Assembly (NCBI GenBank): GCA_964533375.1
Contig: CAZHLW010000003.1
Location: 17,823-81,822 of the forward strand
Length of the DNA: 64,000 nt
Direction of reading: 5' to 3'
DNA from: an uncultured Candidatus Peribacteria bacterium
Lineage (GTDB): Bacteria > Patescibacteriota > Gracilibacteria > Peribacterales > Peribacteraceae
Positions within the stretch are counted from its first letter, which is position 1. Each line of letters starts with the position of its first letter. Shown here piece after piece: positions 52,996 through 60,757 of this stretch. The position numbers and the translations under genes are program-made. Below the pieces are notes generated by a model. It did no database searches and had not been told where the DNA came from. It was given only the letters and a program-made list of their open reading frames with translations.

Positions 52996-55900
52996 TTATC
53001 TCCTGCGCCGCATCCATGCATAGCCTGCCGCTGCACCCATCGCCATGATGGCAATCGTTGCAGGACCGGATGCCGTCGTAGCCGGCGGCTTCGTACCGCT
53101 GACCCCTTGTCCAACCGCTGTGGACCCGTCAACAGATCCTGGCTGGTCATCGAATGTGAGCGACGGTGTGAACGGCAGCTCAATCACACTGGCCGGGAGA
53201 ACGCCGGACGTAGTGCCATTCTGACAGAAGGCATTGCAGGAAGATGTGAGCAATCCGTTTTGCGAACCGTCGTCGCAGGTTTCGAGCGGTGTATCAATCA
53301 CCGTGTCACCGCAACGCGCAAATGTGCAGTCAGGACGGCAGAACGCATTGGGCTTCAGGGAGTTTTCCAGCCCATCATCACATTCTTCGCCGCTTCCCAA
53401 TTCCCCGTTTCCGCAGCCGGCCATTGCCACAAACAACGGAGTGGACGATGCAGAAGACGAGGATGATGTCTTGAACGATGCTTGTGTCGATGAGTTGAAA
53501 ACCAGCGTCGTATCCGGCCTGAAAGGGGGCTTGCTCGGGTCGTTCGGAATACAGAGGATGCAGGGAAGAGCGGCATCATCAATACAAGATGCATCCTGCG
53601 CGCCGCAGAATTCAGCACCTCCCAGGCTGCATTCCTGGCCGGAGCAGATGTTGGGGATGTCGTCGGGAACGAGGGTGGGTGTGGAAGAATCTGCAAAGTA
53701 GCGATAGTGACAATTGTTATCGCATGCCAGAGGCGCAAACTCGGATATGAGAGACGGTTCACAGTCTTCTTTCAGCAGAGATTCAACAACACCGTTTCCG
53801 CAGGAACCCTGAGTACGACGGCAGGAGGTATTGCAGATGCTGTTTGGGCCGCCATTCAAGGAACCGTCATCGCATTCTTCTGTTCCTTCGCGGCGGTTAT
53901 TGCCGCAAACGGGAAGCGGACTGACAGAGGAATTGGAGGAAGGATTGAGACGGCAGGTATTCGGATTGCAGTCAGAAGAAGGATCAGTCAGAACCGGTTC
54001 ACAGGTTTCCCCGATGAGCGATTCGATAATGCCGTCTCCACATTCCCCTCCTTCTACGAAGCAGCCGCCGTTGCAGCCGTCGTTGTTTCTGGTATTGCCG
54101 TCGTCACATTCTTCAGTGCATTCGCGGGTGCCGTTGCCGCAGATATGGAGGCAGGAATTCACCGACGATGTACCGCCACCCTGAGATGAAGCCGATGAAG
54201 ATGCGGGATCACAGCTGCCGTCATAACATGCTTCTCCTTGCGGACAGTCGTTGTCATCATCACAGTCATCAGGACTACAGGTGCCATTTGTGCACATTTC
54301 TCCTTCGGGACAATCGTTGTTGTCGTTGCATCCATCCAGACAGACAAGACACGGGAGGTTTAACGTGGGTACGCAGACTGGGCGGCCGAGCGCGTTGCAG
54401 AAGTTCTGAGCAGCGGGATTATTGCAGACGAGAGGATCGCAGATGTTATTGGGAGTAGAGGAGCTGCTTGCAGAGCTGCGGGAACTACTGGAAGACGATG
54501 ACACCGTACACGCCTGACAGCTGTCATGGGCACAACCCATCACCGGACCGCCGCAGAATGGACCGATGCAGCAGAAGCCGGGATTTTCGGGTTCACATGT
54601 TCCATTGTCCGTACACTGCTGGCCGGCGGGACAATCGTTATCGCTGTCGCAATCGTCAACACACGCACCATCTTCACACTGCTGATTTGCCGGACAATCG
54701 TTATCAGTCTGACAACTGTCGGTGCACTGGTGATCTTCGCACACCTGGCCCTCCGGGCAATCCGTGTCTCTGTTGCAGCTGTTGGGCTGGCTCACGGATG
54801 ATCCGGCCGATCCGGTGGAACCGGCACTGCTGTTACTTTGCGTACTGCCATTGCTGCCGTTCGATCCGGTGGAACCGCCTGAATTATTGGATCCGCCGGA
54901 GCTGTTACTGCTCCCGGAATGATTCGAGCCGCCGGAAGAACCGGAACTATTGGACCTGCTGCTGCCTGCAGATGACGCAGGACAGACATTGCTGCATCCA
55001 TTTGGACCGCAACTCGGGCAAGTGGGATCATTGCCGCAGCAGAACGGACTGCCAAGAAAACAACTGTATGCAACGTTTGGCAGGAAACAGCTGGAGGTAT
55101 TCGATCCGGTGGAACCGCTACTCGCTGTGGATCCGGCAGACGCATTGCTTGCAGTGCTGTTATTTCCTCCGGAGGAGGCACTGTTTGCCGCAGCGCAGGC
55201 TGCAGCCTGCGTCTGACTTTCCTGCGGGGTACACGGGGTGCAGGCACTTCTGTCCGGGAATTCATGAGGAGTGGGTGATCCGTCCAAGCGGTTAAATCCG
55301 CACACCGCCCCACCCTGACCATTGATTCTGCTGCTACACCAGCCGACAGCGAAGTTCGGACAGTTCGGACCCATCGGCCAGCACTCGGAGTTATTACAGA
55401 TACAGGCCTGTGTCTGCTGACAGTCATTGCAGCGGAACCCGGGATCGGGACAGGCCGCAGCTGATGATTGGGAGGAGGACCGTGACGCACCGGACGATGT
55501 GCTGGAAGCACACAGTGGAGGTTCATTCAGCAGCTCTGTCACCGAACAAAGTGAGCAAGTATCGCCATTTCCGTCTTCAAAGTTATACACCTGTCTGCAC
55601 GTCATCGATCCTGTGGACGGACAAAAATTCGGCCGGTTGGGATCCTGCACAATCATACAAGGCTGACCTGCCGGGCAAACGTAACACGTGCATTCGAGAG
55701 TGACACTCACCAAATGACAATCGTTGCAGCTCTCGCCCTCAGGTGTACAGGCAACCGATGATTGCTGTTGTGATGTTCCCGCTGATGATGATTGCCCCTG
55801 TGATTGTTGTGAGGATGATTGCCTGGATGATGACCTCGCGCTGGATGCCGAACTGCTCTGGCCAGCTGAACTTTGAGCCGATGAACTCTGTGCAGCCTGT

Positions 55901-56487
55901 GATGATGACTGCTGGCCTGCAGATGATTGCGCTGCAGACGAACTGGCAGGGTTTCCGGCAGAGGAAGCCTGACCCTGGCTGGAGGTAGGATTATTATTTG
56001 TACCGGCGGAGCTGCCGCCTCCGGGATTCGAAAAAGCCTGGCCCGCAGACGAGGACGATGTCGGTTCACAGCAGCAATCCGCTCTGCCGGGACACGCACC
56101 CCATCCGGCAGGACAGCCATTCGCTGCTGGATATGCACACGCACCTCCACCTCCGCCCGACGGAGCACACGTCCCGTTCGTACACTGCGACCCATTGCCG
56201 CAAAACTGCGACGCAGGTGAAATGCCTCCGCCTGGCATTTGCCAACAGCATGATCCGCCACACGATCCTCCATCTGCGGACGGGGCGGGATTTCCCTGTC
56301 CGTCGGTCGGACACCAGGGGAGCCCCGGGCTGCCACAACCGCCTGTCTGGGCCGTCAGTGTCTGCTGTTTTTGAAACTGCCGCACCGTTATGACGGATAC
56401 AACAGCAACGCCCAGTACCAGCAGAAGAAGGAAAGGTCTCTTCACAAGGCTGCAGTGTAGCGAAAAAAGAACGCACGCACGATTCAC
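52996..56487 (-). CDS. Giant Cys-rich/Ser-rich modular surface protein, paralog E
   Basis: 1163 aa. It carries extra D-x-D-C-P-x-G-x-x-C repeats. The C-terminus is PPATTASGPATIAIMAMGAAAGYAWMRRRR. Confidence 0.8.
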   Translation of the reverse strand: MNRACVLFSLHCSLVKRPFLLLLVLGVAVVSVITVRQFQKQQTLTAQTGGCGSPGLPWCPTDGQGNPAPSADGGSCGGSCCWQMPGGGISPASQFCGNGSQCTNGTCAPSGGGGGACAYPAANGCPAGWGACPGRADCCCEPTSSSSAGQAFSNPGGGSSAGTNNNPTSSQGQASSAGNPASSSAAQSSAGQQSSSQAAQSSSAQSSAGQSSSASSARSSSRQSSSQQSQGQSSSAGTSQQQSSVACTPEGESCNDCHLVSVTLECTCYVCPAGQPCMIVQDPNRPNFCPSTGSMTCRQVYNFEDGNGDTCSLCSVTELLNEPPLCASSTSSGASRSSSQSSAAACPDPGFRCNDCQQTQACICNNSECWPMGPNCPNFAVGWCSSRINGQGGAVCGFNRLDGSPTPHEFPDRSACTPCTPQESQTQAAACAAANSASSGGNNSTASNASAGSTASSGSTGSNTSSCFLPNVAYSCFLGSPFCCGNDPTCPSCGPNGCSNVCPASSAGSSRSNSSGSSGGSNHSGSSNSSGGSNNSGGSTGSNGSNGSTQSNSSAGSTGSAGSSVSQPNSCNRDTDCPEGQVCEDHQCTDSCQTDNDCPANQQCEDGACVDDCDSDNDCPAGQQCTDNGTCEPENPGFCCIGPFCGGPVMGCAHDSCQACTVSSSSSSSRSSASSSSTPNNICDPLVCNNPAAQNFCNALGRPVCVPTLNLPCLVCLDGCNDNNDCPEGEMCTNGTCSPDDCDDDNDCPQGEACYDGSCDPASSSASSQGGGTSSVNSCLHICGNGTRECTEECDDGNTRNNDGCNGGCFVEGGECGDGIIESLIGETCEPVLTDPSSDCNPNTCRLNPSSNSSVSPLPVCGNNRREGTEECDDGSLNGGPNSICNTSCRRTQGSCGNGVVESLLKEDCEPSLISEFAPLACDNNCHYRYFADSSTPTLVPDDIPNICSGQECSLGGAEFCGAQDASCIDDAALPCILCIPNDPSKPPFRPDTTLVFNSSTQASFKTSSSSSASSTPLFVAMAGCGNGELGSGEECDDGLENSLKPNAFCRPDCTFARCGDTVIDTPLETCDDGSQNGLLTSSCNAFCQNGTTSGVLPASVIELPFTPSLTFDDQPGSVDGSTAVGQGVSGTKPPATTASGPATIAIMAMGAAAGYAWMRRRR
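55753..56058 (-). repeat. Ser/Gln/Ala-rich tract of paralog E (residues 144-245)
   Basis: Seen directly in the translation. A second Ser/Gly/Asn tract lies at about 54784-54975. Confidence 0.8.
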
Positions 56488-56531
56488 TAGGCTTTAGGGC
56501 ACCTATCTGTCGCTGACAAATCGGAAAAATA

Positions 56532-57938
56532 TCATGCAATCTCTATCTCTTCCTCTTTTGCCGGCATGTACACCTCACACTCGGGCTTCATGCGCTTGAT
56601 GCGTTCAGCAAACGGCAGCATCTGCTCTTCTTCTCCGTGCACGAGAATAACATTCCGGAGCCCCTCAATCTGCCGTACGTACGCATCGAGTTCATCCATG
56701 CCTGCGTGGCCGGAATACGCGTCGATGTACTGGATTTCCGCTTTTTTGCGATACGTCTGATCGAAGATTTTCACTTCAGTAATGGCAGGATCCACAATGC
56801 GCGCACCGAGCGTGTCTTTGGCCATGAAGCCGACAGCCAGCACGGTGTTCTTCGGATCTTCAATCTCATTTTTCAGGTGATGGCGGATGCGTCCCGCTTC
56901 ACACATACCGGAGCCCGCCATGATGATAAACGGCCCCGGACGTCCGTTGAGCGCCTTGCTCTCTTCAGCATCTTCCGTGTAGCGAACCAGCGAAAACTGG
57001 AATGGGTTATGCGCACGGGACAGGAACTGATCAAACATCTGCTGGTCGTAACATTCCGGATGCTTCATGAACACGTCTGTTACCTTTGATGCGAGCGGGG
57101 AATCGATGATGATGGGAATCGGCGGCATCTCGTTTGCGTCGTGCAGCAGATGGAGGTCGTACACCAGCTGCTGTGTGCGTTCGAGCGAGAATGCGGGGAT
57201 GATCAGTTTTCCCCCGCGGGCTGCGGTTTTGGCTACCACTTCCTTCAGGCGATCCTTGGCCGTCGCCAGGTCTTCGTGGTTTCTGTTACCGTAGGTCGAT
57301 TCACAAATCAGCAGTTCAATGTTCGACGGCATGCTGGCCGGATCGCGGATAATCGGCAGCGTATTGCGTCCCACATCACCCGAAAAAGCGATGTGGCGGG
57401 TCTGGCCGTTTTCTTCAATATCGATCAGCACCATCGCAGCCCCCAGCACGTGTCCGGCATCAATGAACTGGACTTTCACCCCCGGCACCACCTGGAACCA
57501 CTGTCCGTAGTTCTCGCCCTGGAAAATCTCCATACAATCCATTGCATCCTGCTGGGTATAGAGCGGTCCGTCGCACGCCATCATGGATTTAGACAGATGT
57601 TTGCAGTGGAATTCTTCGTCTTTCTCCTGAATGTAGCCGCCGTCGGCAAGCATCACTGCAGCCAGATCTTTCGTCGCATAGGTGCAGTACACGGGTTTGC
57701 GGAATCCTTTTTTCCAAAGGAGCGGAATACGTCCGACGTGGTCCATATGCGCGTGGCTCAGGACAAGTGCGTCGATGTCTGTGGCGGGATTAAAATCAAA
57801 CGTCGCGTTCTTCACCGATGATTCTTCGCGGTGACCCTGAAACAGCCCGCAATCGAGGAGGATTCTGTAGCCGTTCACCTGCAGTTCGTGGCAAGTCCCT
57901 GTAACTTCGCGCGCAGCGCCATGTGTGATGATCTTCAT
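56532..57938 (-). CDS. Metallo-beta-lactamase / beta-CASP family ribonuclease
   Basis: 468 aa. HAHMDHVG (HxHxDH), beta-CASP insert, and a C-terminal RMMBL-like region (SGHAG...LVHGEE). Confidence 0.8.
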   Translation of the reverse strand: MKIITHGAAREVTGTCHELQVNGYRILLDCGLFQGHREESSVKNATFDFNPATDIDALVLSHAHMDHVGRIPLLWKKGFRKPVYCTYATKDLAAVMLADGGYIQEKDEEFHCKHLSKSMMACDGPLYTQQDAMDCMEIFQGENYGQWFQVVPGVKVQFIDAGHVLGAAMVLIDIEENGQTRHIAFSGDVGRNTLPIIRDPASMPSNIELLICESTYGNRNHEDLATAKDRLKEVVAKTAARGGKLIIPAFSLERTQQLVYDLHLLHDANEMPPIPIIIDSPLASKVTDVFMKHPECYDQQMFDQFLSRAHNPFQFSLVRYTEDAEESKALNGRPGPFIIMAGSGMCEAGRIRHHLKNEIEDPKNTVLAVGFMAKDTLGARIVDPAITEVKIFDQTYRKKAEIQYIDAYSGHAGMDELDAYVRQIEGLRNVILVHGEEEQMLPFAERIKRMKPECEVYMPAKEEEIEIA

Positions 57939-57950
57939 GGACGCATCATA

Positions 57951-58050
57951 ATTGAAAATTGAGAATTGAGAATTGAAAATTAAATTGCATTTTGTGAAGA
58001 CAGTAAAAAAGAATCATTCCACCATTATCCATTTTTCATTTTCAATTCTG
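57951..58050. repeat. Heptamer-palindrome element (ATTGAAA ATTGAGA ATTGAGA ATTGAAA ... core ... complementary arm)
   Basis: The left arm has 7-nt periodicity. The core AAAAAAGAATCATTCCACC lies at 58005-58023. The right arm ATTTTTCATTTTCAATTCTG is complementary to AGAATTGAAAAT of the left arm (12 bp). Confidence 0.75.
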
Positions 58051-58054
58051 CTGA

Positions 58055-58783
58055 TCACAGACCGACCGACTGAAGCAGCGCGGTTTTTTCCGTATCTGTC
58101 AGCGGCCGCAGCTTTCCCGGTTTTAGGTGCGGATCGGAAAGCGTCATAATGCGGATACGCGTGAGCTGATCGACCGGTGATCCCACTTTCTGCGACATAC
58201 GGCGGATCTGCCGGTAGCGGCCTTCGGTCAGTGTGATGGAGAATTTATTCGGGGCAAGCCGTTTGATTTCCGCAGGCTTGGTCTTGCTTCCATCAATCAT
58301 AATCCCCTCCTCCAGTTTCTTGAGTGCCCCGTTTTTGATTTCATTCGCGACAGTCACTTCGTACTCTTTCTCGTGATCGAACTTCGGGTGCGTGAGGCGA
58401 AAGGCCAGTACCCCGTCGTTTGTAAGCAGCAGCAATCCCCCGCTGTCTTTGTCCAGTCTGCCGACCGGCACAATCAATCCTTTCAGATGCTCGGGAAGCA
58501 GATCTTTGATTGTCTGCTGTCCGGCAATCGTCGCGTTCGTAGTCTCGATGCCGACGGGTTTATTGATAACGTAATACAGCATCTCCGCACGCTCGCTCAT
58601 TACCTTGCCATCCACTTCAATCGTATCGACTTCCGGATCAGCCTTCTGCCCCAGCGTCGCAACCTTTCCATTCACCTTCACAAGCCCAGCCGTGATGTAT
58701 TCCTCAGACTTCCGCCTGGATGCGATCCCTCTGGCCGATAAAATCTTCTGTAAACGCTCTAACATACACACAGTATAAAGCAT
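58055..58783 (-). CDS. Pseudouridine synthase, RsuA/RluB family, with S4 domain
   Basis: 242 aa. S4-like RLQKILSARGIASRRKSEEYI..G.VKVNGK and catalytic VGRLDKDSGGLLLLTNDG. The start may be the internal MLERLQ. Confidence 0.85.
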   Translation of the reverse strand: MLYTVCMLERLQKILSARGIASRRKSEEYITAGLVKVNGKVATLGQKADPEVDTIEVDGKVMSERAEMLYYVINKPVGIETTNATIAGQQTIKDLLPEHLKGLIVPVGRLDKDSGGLLLLTNDGVLAFRLTHPKFDHEKEYEVTVANEIKNGALKKLEEGIMIDGSKTKPAEIKRLAPNKFSITLTEGRYRQIRRMSQKVGSPVDQLTRIRIMTLSDPHLKPGKLRPLTDTEKTALLQSVGL

Positions 58784-58813
58784 CCTTTAAAAGCAAACCG
58801 CCTATCCAAGCCT

Positions 58814-58851
58814 CCCCATAACCGATAACCGGTAACCCATAACCCGTTACG
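58814..58851. repeat. Heptamer array (CCCCATAACC GATAACC GGTAACC CATAACC CGTTAC), direct repeat of 59730-59762
   Basis: It overlaps the stop codon of the SLH gene (58847-58849). About 30 of 32 nt are identical to the right arm of the element at 59663-59763. Confidence 0.75.
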
Positions 58852-59611
58852 CATGCTTCGTAATCCCCTCCCTCACCCGCACCTTCGTCCATTCGTAGAT
58901 AATCTTCGCAACCTCCGCACGGTTGATGTTGTCGTTCGGGCGGAAGAGTCCTGTCTCAATCCCCTTGCTGTCTTTGTCTCCGGACACGATGCCGCGTGTG
59001 TACGCGTAGGCAATGTCGGCTTCAAGGCGATGACCCTGCGTATCGCGGAAGTTTGAAAAGAGCGGGGGAACCACTTCACCGAACACATCATTGAGCACGG
59101 CAATCACTTCCGCGCGGCTTGCTTTGCGGTCGATGGAAATTTTTGTGTCCTGCAGAATACGCAGCTTCATCTGTTCACCACACGATACAAACTCCTGTGC
59201 CCAGTGGCCTATTGCCTGACTGTGGGTGGGCGGTACCAATCCGCAGGTGGCGGTATCAATCTGCGATGCCTTGAACGCCATCTTCAAAAGCTCTGCAACA
59301 GTCACGGCATTGGCAGGACCGAACTTTCCAAGCGGCCGGCCGTTTGCATCCTTGTAGCCGGACACCACTCCCCACCCGCTCACTGTTGCAACATACGGGC
59401 TGAACCAATCCCCTTCCGCCACATCGTTGAAAGAATTGCCGGACAGATTATCGAGCGTCGTGAAGAGATCGCTGAAATCGGCGGCATGCGATGTCTGCCA
59501 GCTGACCAGCTCCGCTTTCAGGCTGTCGATTTGGTCCAGAAATGCATGCACTGCAGACACAAGGCCAAACGCAACAATGATGCCGGTCAGGGGGATAGCG
59601 AAGCGGCGCAT
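58847..59611 (-). CDS. Secreted SLH-domain protein
   Basis: 254 aa. Signal-like N-terminus, then SLH repeats (FNDVAEGDWFSPYVATVSGWGVVSGYKD...VTVAELLKMAF; FRDTQGHRLEADIAYAYTRGIVSG...INRAEVAKIIY). Confidence 0.75.
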   Translation of the reverse strand: MRRFAIPLTGIIVAFGLVSAVHAFLDQIDSLKAELVSWQTSHAADFSDLFTTLDNLSGNSFNDVAEGDWFSPYVATVSGWGVVSGYKDANGRPLGKFGPANAVTVAELLKMAFKASQIDTATCGLVPPTHSQAIGHWAQEFVSCGEQMKLRILQDTKISIDRKASRAEVIAVLNDVFGEVVPPLFSNFRDTQGHRLEADIAYAYTRGIVSGDKDSKGIETGLFRPNDNINRAEVAKIIYEWTKVRVREGITKHA

Positions 59612-59662
59612 CTAGGCTGTTATCATACTCGCCCTGTTTCTTTTCTCAATGACTTCATTCTT

Positions 59663-59763
59663 CCGGTTATGGGTAATGAGTTATGGGTTATGGGATCATT
59701 GAAAAAAGCATCAACAAAAAATATTCCACCCCCCATAACTCATAACCGGTAACCCATAACCAC
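59663..59763. repeat. Heptamer-palindrome element (GGTTATG GGTAATG AGTTATG GGTTATG ... core ... CATAACT CATAACC GGTAACC CATAACC)
   Basis: The arms are inverse-complementary heptamer arrays. The core ACAAAAAATATTCCACCCCCC lies at about 59714-59734. Confidence 0.75.
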
Positions 59764-59782
59764 ATCGTCCTCAAGATGCGAT

Positions 59783-60757
59783 TTATTTGGTCGCGACGAC
59801 GGCAACATTGGCCTGCATACCCATCAGCTCCTCGTCTTCCACCGGTTTCACATCTGCAAAGCCTGCTTCTTTCAATTGCGCTTCGATAACATCCATATTG
59901 CCCACATTCAAAAAATTATTAGCATCGGTCACTCCCATATCGTATTTGTTTCCTTTTTCATCAAAAAACATCCGTCCGAAGGCAAAATAGTAAATGCCGT
60001 TTTTATCCTTGTAATAGCGTTCGCCATTATTTCCTTCCGTATAAAAGCCTTCTGGAGCCGATGGATCGGGATGCTTCGCATCGGCCATGTACTGATAAAA
60101 GGACTCTCCTGTTTTGGTATTTTTTGTCAGCGTTCTCACTGCACCATCTCTTTCACACTCTTCCTCTTCCATACCAAGATCTTCCCGCGCTTTGGCCAGT
60201 TCCTCCTTGTTGATTTTGTTCTCATCCACCTTCCAGCTGCGCCACCCGAGTACCAACTTCCCACCTTTCGGCAGAAGATCATACATGGCTTTCAGTGTCT
60301 GCCGCCTGTCGTGGTCATTTTGGAAAATGAAGGACTGACCCAAAACAGTAATCAGTTTATAGGTTTCTTTCTCCTTCTGTCCGATATCTGCCATATCACC
60401 GACTCTGAATTTTACTTTTTCTCTGATGGCTCCCCCAAGCGCATCAACCTTGGCTTCTGCCTGCCTGATCAACACATCTGCACGATCCATAGCAGTAATC
60501 GGCACCTTGTCATTGAGGAGATTACTCATCACCATCGCATGTTCACCCGTACCGACAGCGACATCCAAAATGCCCTCTCCCTCTTCAAACTGCAATTGTC
60601 CGTCAAGTGCACCCGCTGCCCTCAGTGCCAGTTCCCCCTCGCGTTGATACAACTCCTCCGGCGTCAGACCATTGGCATAGCCACGTTCCATAGCGACCGT
60701 TTTCGGGTACAGCAATGTGTTGTAGTGATCCGAACTGTGGCGTACTTCTTCGCTCAT
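59783..60757 (-). CDS. Class I SAM-dependent methyltransferase with extended C-terminal region
   Basis: 324 aa. Motif I ILDVAVGTGEH. 4-nt overlap with the upstream histidine-kinase gene. Confidence 0.7.
   Translation of the reverse strand: MSEEVRHSSDHYNTLLYPKTVAMERGYANGLTPEELYQREGELALRAAGALDGQLQFEEGEGILDVAVGTGEHAMVMSNLLNDKVPITAMDRADVLIRQAEAKVDALGGAIREKVKFRVGDMADIGQKEKETYKLITVLGQSFIFQNDHDRRQTLKAMYDLLPKGGKLVLGWRSWKVDENKINKEELAKAREDLGMEEEECERDGAVRTLTKNTKTGESFYQYMADAKHPDPSAPEGFYTEGNNGERYYKDKNGIYYFAFGRMFFDEKGNKYDMGVTDANNFLNVGNMDVIEAQLKEAGFADVKPVEDEELMGMQANVAVVATK

Noticed and set aside
39861-56487. Diversity-generating retroelement or other targeted hypermutation acting on the variable heads
   Set aside because: No reverse transcriptase ORF and no template/variable repeat pair with A-specific differences are visible in the window. 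The variation looks like paralog divergence plus recombination.
58814-59763. Insertion sequence or MITE carrying the SLH gene
   Set aside because: There is no transposase, and the terminal repeats are direct rather than inverted at the outer ends. It is kept only as a cassette-like observation, not called as a mobile element.
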